Made by a program: the position numbers and the translations under genes
NCBI GenBank assembly: GCA_033720955.1
Contig: JAWWBN010000002.1
Location: 1 to 46,819 of the forward strand
DNA from: Thermoanaerobaculia bacterium
Lineage (GTDB): Bacteria > Acidobacteriota > Thermoanaerobaculia > Multivoradales > JAHEKO01
Direction of reading: 5' to 3'
DNA length: 46,819 bases
Part shown: piece after piece, positions 11,125-20,009 of the stretch
How the letters are laid out: every line of letters starts with the position of its first letter
Numbering within the stretch: position 1 is the first letter of the stretch
The notes under the pieces: generated by a model
What the model saw: the letters and a program-made list of their open reading frames with translations, nothing else
What the model was told of the DNA's origin: nothing
The model's database searches: none

Positions 11125-11164
11125 GCGGTGGGTGCCCCGGGCGGGGTTCCGGGATCAAATCGTC

Positions 11165-11875
11165 TCATGGCAGCCGCGCGGAGAGGCTGGCCACCCAGCG
11201 GCCGTCGATCACCTCGCCCCACCTGGGGACAGCCCGGGAGTCGCTGACGTAGAAGCCCACCGCCAGCTCGAGGCGTCGGGTGGACCAGGCGGCGCCGGCG
11301 TGGCCGTAGAGGTATCTCGGCTCGAACCGGTTGTCGAGCTCGGCGATCCCGGCGCCCGCGTTGAGCTCCAGCCGTCGGGGCAGCGGGTAGCGCCCGCTCA
11401 TCTCGACGAAGAGAGCCGAGCGGTCGCTCCCCAGGAAGCCAGGGGTCCAGGCCGCCGTGAGCTGCACGAGCTGCCTCCACTCCAGCGCCACCTGGGCCTC
11501 GCTGTAGGAGAGGTCGAGCGCCGGATCGGCGCCGGTGTATTCGTAGCGGATCGCCGTGCCGCTCCACGACCACTCCTCTCCCCACGCCCCCGCGTAGCCC
11601 GCGAAGGCGTGCACCTCGGCGTCGGGCCCGTCGCCCCGGCCGGCCTCCGGCGGGAACTCCACCGTCGAGGCCCAGAGACCGCCGAAGAGGCCGCTGCGGT
11701 GGCGGTAGCGGACGCCGGCCTGGACGACGGGCTCGGTGTCGGAGTGGGAGAAGCCGCGGAAGACGAAGTCCGAGGCGGCGGTGACCTCCGCGCTGAGACC
11801 CGAGGCGTGGCCGGCGCCCGGCGCGGCCAGCACGACGACCGCCAGCAGAGGGAGGACCGAGCGCACGCCGGGCAC
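11165..11875 (-). CDS. TorF-family putative outer-membrane porin
   Basis: ASDFVFRGFSHSDTEPVVQAGVRYRHRSGLFGGLWASTVEF matches the characteristic N-terminal pattern of TorF-type beta-barrels. A signal peptide (LPLLAVVVLAAPGAGHA) is present. I chose the GTG start at 11875 (11866 is an alternative). The rest of the 548-aa ORF runs antisense through the sigma-factor gene and is rejected. Confidence 0.7.
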   Translation of the reverse strand: MPGVRSVLPLLAVVVLAAPGAGHASGLSAEVTAASDFVFRGFSHSDTEPVVQAGVRYRHRSGLFGGLWASTVEFPPEAGRGDGPDAEVHAFAGYAGAWGEEWSWSGTAIRYEYTGADPALDLSYSEAQVALEWRQLVQLTAAWTPGFLGSDRSALFVEMSGRYPLPRRLELNAGAGIAELDNRFEPRYLYGHAGAAWSTRRLELAVGFYVSDSRAVPRWGEVIDGRWVASLSARLP

Positions 11876-11968
11876 TCTAGCACCGCGCTCGGGGTGCTTC
11901 GCCAGGCCGCGATCCGGTTGAACCGGGGCGGTTCTCCGGGTCACACATGAGGGACGTGGCTCCGTGCG

Positions 11969-12592
11969 ATGATCGTGAAACCCGCTATCGACCGATCGCA
12001 GCCGGGGCTCATGGAAGAGGAACGCTCTCTGCTGGACCGCGTATCGCGTGGCGACGACGAGGCGTTCGCCGAGCTCTTCTACCGCTACCAGCCGCGTGTC
12101 GCCCGCTTCGCCGCCCGGATGACCCGCCGGCCGGACCTGGTCGACGAGATCGTCAACGACACCATGGTGGTGGTCTGGCGTCGGGCGGCCGCCTTCCGGG
12201 GCGACTCGCGGGTCTCCACCTGGATCCTGGGCATCGCCTACCGAACGGCGCTGAAGCGGCTGCGCCGGGCTGCCCGCCACCTGAGCGAAGCGCTCCCCGA
12301 GGATCTTCCCCAGCCGGCGGACGACGACCCCGAGGCGCACGCCCGCCGGGTCCAGAGCCGTGCGCTCGTCCGACGCGCCCTCGCCCGCCTGAGCCCACCG
12401 CACCGCGCGGTGGTCGAGCTGGCCTTCTTCGAGGAGCTCAGCTACACGGAGATCGCCCGCATCGTGGGCTGCCCGCCCAACACCGTCAAGACCCGGATGT
12501 ACCACGCCCGTCGCAACCTGAGGCGGATCCTGCGCATTCTGGATGCCAAGCCCGCCGTCCAGAGGAGCCGAGCCGATGACCCCTCCTCGTGA
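11969..12592 (+). CDS. ECF-type RNA polymerase sigma-70 family factor
   Basis: Region 2 (FAELFYRYQPRVARFAARM, DLVDEIVNDTMVVVW) and the region 4 HTH (LSYTEIARIVGCPPNTVKTRMYHARRNL) are both present. The true start could be the internal ATG at 12011. Confidence 0.9.
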   Translation: MIVKPAIDRSQPGLMEEERSLLDRVSRGDDEAFAELFYRYQPRVARFAARMTRRPDLVDEIVNDTMVVVWRRAAAFRGDSRVSTWILGIAYRTALKRLRRAARHLSEALPEDLPQPADDDPEAHARRVQSRALVRRALARLSPPHRAVVELAFFEELSYTEIARIVGCPPNTVKTRMYHARRNLRRILRILDAKPAVQRSRADDPSS

Positions 12593-13202
12593 CCCGAGTC
12601 CACGCCCGAACCACGACGCCTGCCACGAGCTTCTGCCCTGGCTGGTGAACGACACCCTCGACGACGCGGAGCGCGCTGGCGTGGAGGCGCATCTGGAGGT
12701 CTGCGAGAGGTGCGCTCGGGAGCGCGCCGAGCTCGAGAGCGTCGCCGCCATCGTCCGGGAGGACGCCAGGAACGAGACCGCCGGAGATCTCGAGACGGTC
12801 CGCGCGCGCACCTCGCGGGAGCGGCCGCTGCCTCACGCGGCGGCCCGGTCTCTGCGGTGGGCGGTGGCGGCCCAGGCCGCGGTCATCGTGGCCCTGCTGG
12901 CGGCTTTTCTCTGGCCGGCGGCGCAGGCGGAGCTCCCGGCCTTCCGAACCCTCTCCGACCCTGCCGCCGTCGCGCCCGTCGCTCCGGCGCTGAGGGTGGT
13001 CTTCGACCCCGACGCCAGCGTCGGCGAGGTGACCGAGTTGCTCGCCGCCGCCGGAGCCGAGATCGTGAGCGGCCCGAACCGGGCCGGCGCCTTCGCCGTG
13101 CGGCCGAGCGATCCCGGCGCCAGGCTGTCGGAGCTGGCCGAGCGTCTTGGCGCGGAGCCGCGGGTCCGGCTGGTGGAGCGGGCGGTCGGCCCCACCCGCT
13201 GA
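12576..13202 (+). CDS. Anti-sigma factor (zf-HC2 type, single-pass membrane)
   Basis: The ATG overlaps the 3' end of the sigma gene by 17 nt. It has the H-x3-C-x2-C motif (AHLEVCERCARE) and one hydrophobic segment (WAVAAQAAVIVALLAAFLW). Confidence 0.75.
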   Translation: MTPPRDPSPRPNHDACHELLPWLVNDTLDDAERAGVEAHLEVCERCARERAELESVAAIVREDARNETAGDLETVRARTSRERPLPHAAARSLRWAVAAQAAVIVALLAAFLWPAAQAELPAFRTLSDPAAVAPVAPALRVVFDPDASVGEVTELLAAAGAEIVSGPNRAGAFAVRPSDPGARLSELAERLGAEPRVRLVERAVGPTR

Positions 13203-13309
13203 GCGATCGACGCCGGTCCGCGGCGGGTTCGGAAGCTCCGGCCGGGGAGCGCGTGGGCGAGACCGGGCCGAGCGCATAGGATCAGCCCTTCGCGGGTTGG
13301 TTTCACCGT

Positions 13310-14446
13310 GTGCTCCAGGGATCGCCAGCAGTGACCACGACCTCTGCGCCTCGTGCGGTGCCGCTCCTGCTGCTGCTGGGCGCCCTCTGCGCGCCCCCGG
13401 CGGTGGCCTGGGACGCAGCCCTGATCCAGCCCGGGCCGCTGCGGGTCCGGGATCAGTTCCTCCTGGGGATGGGCTTTCTCGCCTTCGACCCCGCCGTGGC
13501 GGAGGTGCTCCCCGAAGGCGAATGGCAGGCCGATCTCATCGTCACCGCCACCAACCACTTCGCCCGCTCCGACGGGGTGGCGGAGCTGATCGAGGGACGC
13601 AGCCAGCGGGCCGAGGTCACCCTGGAGGAGCTCCGCGCGGCTCAGCCGGCGAATGGCGAGCGCGGCACCTTCTTCGTGGACGGCGAGGTCTACCGCGCCA
13701 AGGTCGCCGTGCGGCGGGGGGTCGGCCGTGGCATCCAGGTGGAGGCCACGCTGCCGGTGGTCAGCTTCCAGGGCGGCATCGTGGACTCTCTGGCCGAGCG
13801 CTTCCACACCGCCTTCTCCTTCGACCAGGAGGGCCGTCTGGGGGTGTTGCGCGACACCTTCACCGTCTACGCCCGCAACCAGGACCGCGAGCTGTTCCTA
13901 CCCGAGGCGCCCGATCTCACCCTGGGCGACGCGGTGGTGGGAGCTCGCTTCCGGCTGCGGCCGGCTGCGCCCGCCCCGAGCCTGCGGATGGCCGTCGAGG
14001 CCCTGCTCAAGCTGCCCACCGGAGACACCGAGCCGATCGCCTCCTCCGGCTCGGTGGACTTCGGGGTGAACTTCGTCATGACCCGCTACTCTCGCCGCCA
14101 CTACGTCCACGGCTCCCTGGGTCTGCTGTCGCTGGGCCGATCCAAGCGGCTGGGCCTCTCGTCGCAGTTCCTGCTCTCCGGCATGCTCGGCTACGAGGGC
14201 GCCCTCAACCCGGCCACGAGCTGGCTGATCCAGATGACCGTGGCCCAGACCCCCTTCCGGGAGCTGGGCCTCAGCGCCCTCGAGGAGCCCTCCATCCAGG
14301 CCACGGTGGGGGTGAAGCGCGCGCTGGGCAAGAGCGTGGTGGAGTTGGGGGTCACCGAGAACTTCGGCTCCTTCAACAACGCCCCGGACGTCGGCTTTCA
14401 CGTCGGCTGGACGCGAAACTTCGGCCGGCCGGCCCCCGCCGACTAG
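13310..14446 (+). CDS. Hypothetical secreted protein, possibly an outer-membrane beta-barrel (DUF3187-like, unverified)
   Basis: Signal peptide AVPLLLLLGALCAPPAVAW, alternating beta-strand-like composition, and an aromatic residue close to the C-terminus. The start is uncertain (GTG 13310 or the internal GTG about 20 nt downstream). Confidence 0.7.
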   Translation: MLQGSPAVTTTSAPRAVPLLLLLGALCAPPAVAWDAALIQPGPLRVRDQFLLGMGFLAFDPAVAEVLPEGEWQADLIVTATNHFARSDGVAELIEGRSQRAEVTLEELRAAQPANGERGTFFVDGEVYRAKVAVRRGVGRGIQVEATLPVVSFQGGIVDSLAERFHTAFSFDQEGRLGVLRDTFTVYARNQDRELFLPEAPDLTLGDAVVGARFRLRPAAPAPSLRMAVEALLKLPTGDTEPIASSGSVDFGVNFVMTRYSRRHYVHGSLGLLSLGRSKRLGLSSQFLLSGMLGYEGALNPATSWLIQMTVAQTPFRELGLSALEEPSIQATVGVKRALGKSVVELGVTENFGSFNNAPDVGFHVGWTRNFGRPAPAD

Positions 14447-14467
14447 AGGGCCCGGCGGCGGGCCGGC

Positions 14468-14959
14468 CTACTCGTCGGCCGACTCGTCCTCGCCTTCCGG
14501 CTCGCCCGAGGCGCTGCGGATGGCCTTGCCGAGCTCCTTCTGGGCCTGCGAGAAGCCGCTGCGCAGATCGTCCCAGGCGTCCGACGAGCTGGCGAGCGCC
14601 GCCTCGAGCTTGGCGTCCAGCTCCTTGCGCTGGCTCTCGAGAGCGGCGAGGCTCTGGCTCAGCTCCTTGCGGGCGTCGCCGGTCGCCTGAGCGGCCTCCT
14701 CCCGCAGCTTCTCCAGCCGCAGGTCGAGCTTGGCCAGCCGCTTCCTGCCCCACGCCTCGAACTCCTCCTTCTGGTTGAAGGTGTAGCTCTTGACGGCGCG
14801 GGCCGCCTCCTTGACCTGGGTCTTGACCTCGGCGGCCGTGACCTCGGCCGTCTCGCCGTCCGAGGATTCGCCGCCGGAGCAGCCGGGGAAGAGGAGAAGG
14901 GCGACGGCCGCCGCGGCGGGCAGCCGGCGAAGAGTCGAGAGAGGGAAGGCGTGGCTCAT
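14468..14959 (-). CDS. Coiled-coil lipoprotein, function unknown
   Basis: RBS aaggag lies 8 nt before the ATG. Lipobox LLFPGC. The protein is Glu/Lys/Ala-rich and helical with an acidic tail. Confidence 0.75.
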   Translation of the reverse strand: MSHAFPLSTLRRLPAAAAVALLLFPGCSGGESSDGETAEVTAAEVKTQVKEAARAVKSYTFNQKEEFEAWGRKRLAKLDLRLEKLREEAAQATGDARKELSQSLAALESQRKELDAKLEAALASSSDAWDDLRSGFSQAQKELGKAIRSASGEPEGEDESADE

Positions 14960-14992
14960 GGGAATGGCTCCTTTCGTGAGACGAGGGGAATC

Positions 14993-16039
14993 CTATCCAC
15001 TCTCCGGGTCGGGAGCACGATCCGCCTCGACCGCGTGCTCGGCCAGCCAGCCGGCGAGGATCTCCCTGAGCCGTGGATGGAGCCCGTGGGTGTCCGGATC
15101 TCGCAGGCCGTGGCCGGCGCCCTCGATGGCCACGATCTCGGCCCTTTCGTTGCGCGAGGCGGCGAACGCGAACTCGAGCCGGCGGACGCTCTCCGCAACG
15201 GGGACGTTGTCGCTCTCGTCCAGGGTGCCGTAGACCACCAGCACCGGCTGCCGGAGAAGGATCCAGTAGGGCATCGGGTCGAAGTCCCAGACCCGACGCA
15301 GGAAGGTCCAGATCGGGGCGTCGCGACGCCCGGGGAAGCCCGCGGCTACCCCTTCGAGGCCGCCGTCGATCGCCTTCTGCCGCGCCTCGGCGTAGGCCTC
15401 CCAGGCGCCGGCCGACATCAGGGCATGGCCTGCCCGCCGGTTGATCTCCAGCACCCGGTCCACACCCGCCTCGTCGTAGCCGGCCTGGCGGGCCGTCGCC
15501 GTCATCTCGTGGAAGCTCTGCTCGGCGAAGCTCACCGCGGCCCCCGACAGGTTGACCACGAAGGCGACCTCCTCCGGGAACGCGGCGGCGGCGATGGGCG
15601 CCACCCAACCGCCCTGGGAGAGCCCCACGAGGCCGACCCGCGAGCCGTCCACGTCGTCCCGCGCGGCGAGGTGGCGGACCCCGGCCAGGGCGTCCGCGGC
15701 CAGCTCGCCGAAGCCGCACGTGCGCCAGTCGCCCTGGGAGGCGCCGCTGCCGCGCTTGTCCGTCAGCAGGACCGCCAGACCGTTGCGGACGAGCTCCTCG
15801 GCGATGGACCGCGCCCAGGAGTTCGTGCGGTCGCTGGAGCCCGAGCCCTGGATGATCACCGCCCCGGGGACCGGTCCCCCCGAGACGTCGGGCAGAAGGA
15901 GCTCGGCTGCGAGCTGGACGTCGGCGTTCGCGTACTCCACCGCCTCCGACCTCGGGCCGGGCTCCTGGGCGACGGCGGAGGCGGCCCAGATGGCGACGAG
16001 GGCGGCTGCGAGCGGGCGGCGGAGGACGCTGGGCTTCAT
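14993..16039 (-). CDS. Secreted alpha/beta hydrolase
   Basis: RBS gaggag, a signal peptide, the nucleophile elbow GLSQGG, and C-terminal GAGHGL (the His region). Confidence 0.85.
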   Translation of the reverse strand: MKPSVLRRPLAAALVAIWAASAVAQEPGPRSEAVEYANADVQLAAELLLPDVSGGPVPGAVIIQGSGSSDRTNSWARSIAEELVRNGLAVLLTDKRGSGASQGDWRTCGFGELAADALAGVRHLAARDDVDGSRVGLVGLSQGGWVAPIAAAAFPEEVAFVVNLSGAAVSFAEQSFHEMTATARQAGYDEAGVDRVLEINRRAGHALMSAGAWEAYAEARQKAIDGGLEGVAAGFPGRRDAPIWTFLRRVWDFDPMPYWILLRQPVLVVYGTLDESDNVPVAESVRRLEFAFAASRNERAEIVAIEGAGHGLRDPDTHGLHPRLREILAGWLAEHAVEADRAPDPESG

Positions 16040-16145
16040 GGGTCTCCTCTTCTCGGGTGTCGGTTCCGCCAGGGATCCTAGGCGGGGCGGCGGCGGTCGT
16101 CCAGACGGGCGGTCGCGCTCCGCCTTCGCGGCGGGCGGCCCCGTC

Positions 16146-17807
16146 TCAGTCGACGTAGCCCAGGGTGCGCAGATGCTGCTGGCGCGCCGCCAGCTCCTCC
16201 GGGGTGAGCGGCTGCAGGGAGTCGGGCTGTTCGCTCTCGACCGCGGCTCCTCCGGGCTGGATGTAGGGGACCTCCCAGAAGGCGAAGCTCCCGGCGTCGC
16301 CGCCCGGCGAGGGCGACAGGATCTCCGTCGCCACGCACAGCTCCACCCACCGGAGGGAGTGCTCTGCGAGATCGAGGTTCCAGCCGCGCCAGGTGCCCCC
16401 GGTCAGGTCCACGGTGTCCGCGAAGAGCTCGATCGGCCGATCGGAGCCCTCCGGCTGCAGTCGGAGGGCGAACCGCACCACGAGGTCGGCGTGGCCGGCG
16501 CGCAGCGCGTTGCGCTTGGCCAGCCCATAGCGGACGGTGGCGACGGCGTCGGCGGGCAGCAGCAGCCGGCGGCAGTCGTCGTTGGCGGCCAGGAAGGTGC
16601 GCCGCCGGCCGTCGATCACGACCTCCCTCAGGCCGCCGCGGGGCGTGAACTGGTAGACGCGCTTGTCCACGTAGCGGTAGCCGCGCGGCGGCGTCACGGG
16701 AACCGGCCGCGGCGGCGTTCGGGCGGCGAGCTGCGGGCAGTGGTCCCACGGATAGCGGTGGGGCCGCACCGGGTCGAACGGCGGCGTCCACTGCCAGACG
16801 ATCTCCCCCTTCCGGTCCACCTCGAAGACGCGACCGCCGCGGGTGGAGCCGATCAGGACGTTGCCGTTGGGCAGAGCCTGCTGGACGCCGCCGGTGGGCG
16901 AGAAGAAGTCGTCCGAGCGGTAGGCCCAGACGACTTCGCCGGTGGCCGGCTCGATCTCCAGGATCTCGCTCCGGCGGTAGGTGTACCGGTTGCCGTAGCC
17001 GTTGTCGAAGAGCTGGATCCGCCCCGCCCCGGGCCAGCCCGAAGGGGTCATCAACGCCTCGTGCTGCTTGTCGAGCTCGTGGTCGAAGAACCAGACGGGC
17101 TCCCCCGTCTCCCGGTCGATCACGAAGACGGCGTGCAGATTGCGGGCGCTGATCAGCAGGTTGCCCGGCCGGAAGCGCCGGTCGCCGGCGTCGTGGTGCC
17201 GGTTCTCGGGAAGCACCTGGACCGAGTTGACGTGGGTCGCGTCGCCCACCAGCTCGACGCCACGCTCCTCCAGCCACTCGGCCAGGTGCTCGCCGGCGCG
17301 CCACTCCCAGACGATCCGGCCGGCGGGGTCGATCTCGACCAGACGATCGGCGGGGTCGCCGTCGGCGGCTGTGATCACGAGAGTGTTGCCGTTGTCGAGC
17401 CGCCGCAGGTCGTGGTGGGGGAGGAGGTCCTCCCGCATCCAGCTCCAGACCGGCTGGCCCTCCCAGTCGTACTCGACGACGTCGCGGCCCAGGCCGATCC
17501 CCAGAAGATGGCCGTCGGGCAGCAGCCTCACCCGCGACTTGACCCGCGCCTCGGGCCAGGCGTGGACGACCCGGCCGTTGGCGTCGAACAGAATCGGCAC
17601 CCGTCGCCAGGAGAGCCCCAGGTTGACTCCGTACCAGGCCCGCTCCGGGTCGTGGATCGCGACCCAGTCGGGGGAGCCGAATCGCTCCCACGCCGCCGGC
17701 GTCTCGGGTCCGGGCCCCCCGGCTCCGCCGCCGCACGCGAGCGAGCAGGCCAGGGTCAGGGCGACGGGAAGAGACCGGATGGGTCCGGCGGAACGAGCTC
17801 TCCGCAC
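16146..17807 (-). CDS. Arylsulfotransferase (ASST)-like beta-propeller lipoprotein
   Basis: Lipobox LTLACSLAC. ASST-like segments are present: HHDLRRLDNGNTLV, THVNSVQ, LLISARNLHAVFVIDRETGEPVW, IQLFDNGYGN. The start is GTG with no clear RBS, so the start is uncertain. Confidence 0.7.
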   Translation of the reverse strand: MRRARSAGPIRSLPVALTLACSLACGGGAGGPGPETPAAWERFGSPDWVAIHDPERAWYGVNLGLSWRRVPILFDANGRVVHAWPEARVKSRVRLLPDGHLLGIGLGRDVVEYDWEGQPVWSWMREDLLPHHDLRRLDNGNTLVITAADGDPADRLVEIDPAGRIVWEWRAGEHLAEWLEERGVELVGDATHVNSVQVLPENRHHDAGDRRFRPGNLLISARNLHAVFVIDRETGEPVWFFDHELDKQHEALMTPSGWPGAGRIQLFDNGYGNRYTYRRSEILEIEPATGEVVWAYRSDDFFSPTGGVQQALPNGNVLIGSTRGGRVFEVDRKGEIVWQWTPPFDPVRPHRYPWDHCPQLAARTPPRPVPVTPPRGYRYVDKRVYQFTPRGGLREVVIDGRRRTFLAANDDCRRLLLPADAVATVRYGLAKRNALRAGHADLVVRFALRLQPEGSDRPIELFADTVDLTGGTWRGWNLDLAEHSLRWVELCVATEILSPSPGGDAGSFAFWEVPYIQPGGAAVESEQPDSLQPLTPEELAARQQHLRTLGYVD

Positions 17808-17909
17808 CGGGTGGAGCGTACCCGAAGAGGAGGCGCACGGCGCCGCGGGAAGACCCGGGGCGGGGCGGCCGGCGATAGGCTAGCCGGCGAACGAGCCGCC
17901 CCGAAGAGG

Positions 17910-18545
17910 ATGTCGGAGCCGACCCACGTCACGATCGTCAGCGAGCGGGGCGAGATCGCGGGTCGTTTCCACGCCGGCGCCCCGGCGATCGTGCCGCGCG
18001 GCGCCGTGCTGGCGGTGGGCGGATACACCGGGGGCTTCGAGGGGCCGTCCGGAGCCTACGGGGTTCTCGGCGACACCCTTCCGCAACGGGGCATCCAGCT
18101 CCTACGTCTCGACTACAGGATCAAGCGCGCGCCCGGGCCGGTCGAGGAGGGCACCTGCGATGTCGCCGCCGGCATCGACTGGCTGGCGGGCAGAGGGGTG
18201 GAGAAGATCGTGGCGGTCGGCTTCTCGTACGGTGGAGCCCTGGTGGTGCGCGCGGCCCTCGACTCCGCGAGCGTCGTCGGCGTGGCGGCGCTGGCCACCC
18301 AGACCGCCGGGATCGGCGACGTCCGGCGTCTGGCGCCTCGTCCGCTGCTCCTGGTTCACGGCACCGCCGACCGAACCCTCCCGGCCCGTCTCTCGCGCCA
18401 GGTCTACGAGCGCGCGGGAGAGCCGCGGGAGCTGCACCTGCTCGACGGGGCCGGCCACTCGATGGCGGAGCGACGCGACGAGCTGCTGGAGATCCTCACC
18501 GGTTGGATCGACGGCGTTCTGCCGGCGCGCGAGCGGCGGCTCTGA
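17910..18545 (+). CDS. Alpha/beta hydrolase (dienelactone-hydrolase-like)
   Basis: This is the only coding-looking part of the 997-aa ORF. It has the nucleophile elbow GFSYGG and LLLVHGTADRT followed by GAGHS. Confidence 0.8.
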   Translation: MSEPTHVTIVSERGEIAGRFHAGAPAIVPRGAVLAVGGYTGGFEGPSGAYGVLGDTLPQRGIQLLRLDYRIKRAPGPVEEGTCDVAAGIDWLAGRGVEKIVAVGFSYGGALVVRAALDSASVVGVAALATQTAGIGDVRRLAPRPLLLVHGTADRTLPARLSRQVYERAGEPRELHLLDGAGHSMAERRDELLEILTGWIDGVLPARERRL

Positions 18546-18578
18546 CGGCGGCGGCTCCCGCAGCGGCCGGGGTGCGGC

Positions 18579-19910
18579 TCACCAGCGCGCGACCGCCTGG
18601 TCCACGAACCAGCGGAGCCGGGCCAGGACCTCGTCGCCGTCCACCTCGCCGAGGCGGAACCGCCGGGCCAGGCTGAAGGCGGTGACCTCGAGCTGGGAGC
18701 CGTTGGGGAACGGCAGGCAGGTGCCGTCCCGGATCTCCGGCCACGACTTCTTGCGGGCGGTGAAGGGGGCCGGCACCCGCAGCCGGTCGTCGGGTCGAAC
18801 GAAGTCGGGATCCTCGGGCCAGATGGCCCCGCCCCACTTCATCGTCTGACCGCGCACCAGGCTCAGCAACGGATTCTCGAAGCGCTCGTGGAACTTGTAG
18901 TGCCCGAAATCGACGAGCTGCGCCCGCGCCGGGTCGTCGTCCGACTGGCGGGCGATCTGGATGTTGACGCCGTCGAACTGCCGTGGCCCTCCGCTCGTCC
19001 GACCCACCCGGCGCAGCTCCTCGATCTGCTCGTCCCGCAGCTTCTTCTTGACCGTTCCCGCGTAGCGCACCTCGAGCTTGCCGTCGCTCTCCTTCAGGGC
19101 GAGCGTGGTGCCGGGCGTCGAGGAGGTGATGCCGTAGTTGCGGAGAAGCAGCTCGATCTCCAGGTAGAGAGCCTGCAGCTCCGACCCGAGAGTCGGCAGC
19201 TCGATCGCCTTGACCGCCCGCCGGTGGGCGCGCCGCACCTGTATCGCCGCCGGTGAAGACTGGCTCGGGTCGGGCCGCCATTTCATGTCGAATCCGGTGT
19301 CGAGGACGGCGTAGGTCGGCACCGAGGCCAGGTCGGGCAGGGCGCGGTGAAAGATCTCGTCGATCACCCACTGCGCGACCATGTCCAGGAACGCGCACCC
19401 CAGGTAGTGGAGCCCGTTGGTGTGGGCGCCGGCGAGCGACGGCCGCGCGTTGGGCCCGACGCCCGTTCCCTTCAGGTCGAGCAGCCCGCCGGCGCCACGG
19501 CCTCCGGCGCCCGGCACCGATCGAACGAGGGCCCGCCCGTAGCGGGTAGGGCGATAGGCGAGCGCGGGCCCGCCCGTCTCGATCGGAGTGTTGACCCTGG
19601 TCTGGCCCGCCTGGCTGCGGGAGATCACCGCCGCGTGTCGGAGCAGCCAGATGTCGAGGAGCTTGCGGATCTCCCCGCGGCGGGCCGCGATGTCGAGCCG
19701 CCGCAGGCGGGGGTGGCCTTCGAGGAGCCTCCGGTCTCGAAGGTGTGGAAAATCGTGCTGAAGGAGACCGTAGTCCGCGAAGACCACTCTCGCTCCCTCG
19801 AGCCGCAACACTTTCTCTTTTCGAAGCCCTCCATCTTCCAGATGGTCGGGAGCTCGCAGCAGCGGTCCGGCGGAGACCCGCTGCGGGATGGTCGAGTCGA
19901 CGCCTCGCAT
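18579..19910 (-). CDS. Hypothetical protein with SelO/protein-kinase-like motif string
   Basis: The ATG at 19910 is the first start after the AT-rich intergenic stretch. Motifs LLDLKGTGVGPNARP..HTNGLHYLGCAFLDMVAQWVIDEIF, FDGVNIQI and LVDFGHYKF follow the order LKGAG / HGVMN / DYG seen in SelO-type pseudokinases. No SD is visible and the resemblance is weak. Confidence 0.7.
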   Translation of the reverse strand: MRGVDSTIPQRVSAGPLLRAPDHLEDGGLRKEKVLRLEGARVVFADYGLLQHDFPHLRDRRLLEGHPRLRRLDIAARRGEIRKLLDIWLLRHAAVISRSQAGQTRVNTPIETGGPALAYRPTRYGRALVRSVPGAGGRGAGGLLDLKGTGVGPNARPSLAGAHTNGLHYLGCAFLDMVAQWVIDEIFHRALPDLASVPTYAVLDTGFDMKWRPDPSQSSPAAIQVRRAHRRAVKAIELPTLGSELQALYLEIELLLRNYGITSSTPGTTLALKESDGKLEVRYAGTVKKKLRDEQIEELRRVGRTSGGPRQFDGVNIQIARQSDDDPARAQLVDFGHYKFHERFENPLLSLVRGQTMKWGGAIWPEDPDFVRPDDRLRVPAPFTARKKSWPEIRDGTCLPFPNGSQLEVTAFSLARRFRLGEVDGDEVLARLRWFVDQAVARW

Positions 19911-20009
19911 TTTGTTTGACGAATGTTTCGTACTGCTGATATCATGAAACGCAACAATCCTGTAAAAGGCTCCTGAGCTCAGGAGCAAAACGAAGAGAGA
20001 GGCGGTTCC
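19911..20009. promoter_or_regulatory. AT-rich divergent control region: sigma70-like promoter for the + gene plus an 18-bp perfect palindrome
   Basis: TTGACG (19916-19921), an 18-nt spacer, then TATCAT (19940-19945). The perfect palindrome GCTCCTGAGCTCAGGAGC (19969-19986) is flanked by A-runs. RBS agagagagg precedes the ATG at 20010. The palindrome tgatatca overlaps the -10 element. Confidence 0.45.

Noticed and set aside
11876-12811. Upstream extension of the 548-aa minus ORF
   Set aside because: It runs antisense through the ECF sigma factor gene. The TorF-like homology and the signal peptide begin only near 11875.
15552-17909. Upstream 786 codons of the 997-aa plus-strand ORF
   Set aside because: It runs antisense to the alpha/beta hydrolase and ASST-like genes. 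Only the last 211 codons show hydrolase motifs.
19944-19976. 10-codon mini-ORF (MKRNNPVKGS) in the AT-rich intergenic region, a possible leader peptide
   Set aside because: Its ATG overlaps the proposed -10 hexamer, so it would lie upstream of the predicted transcription start. It has no RBS and is too short to support from sequence alone.
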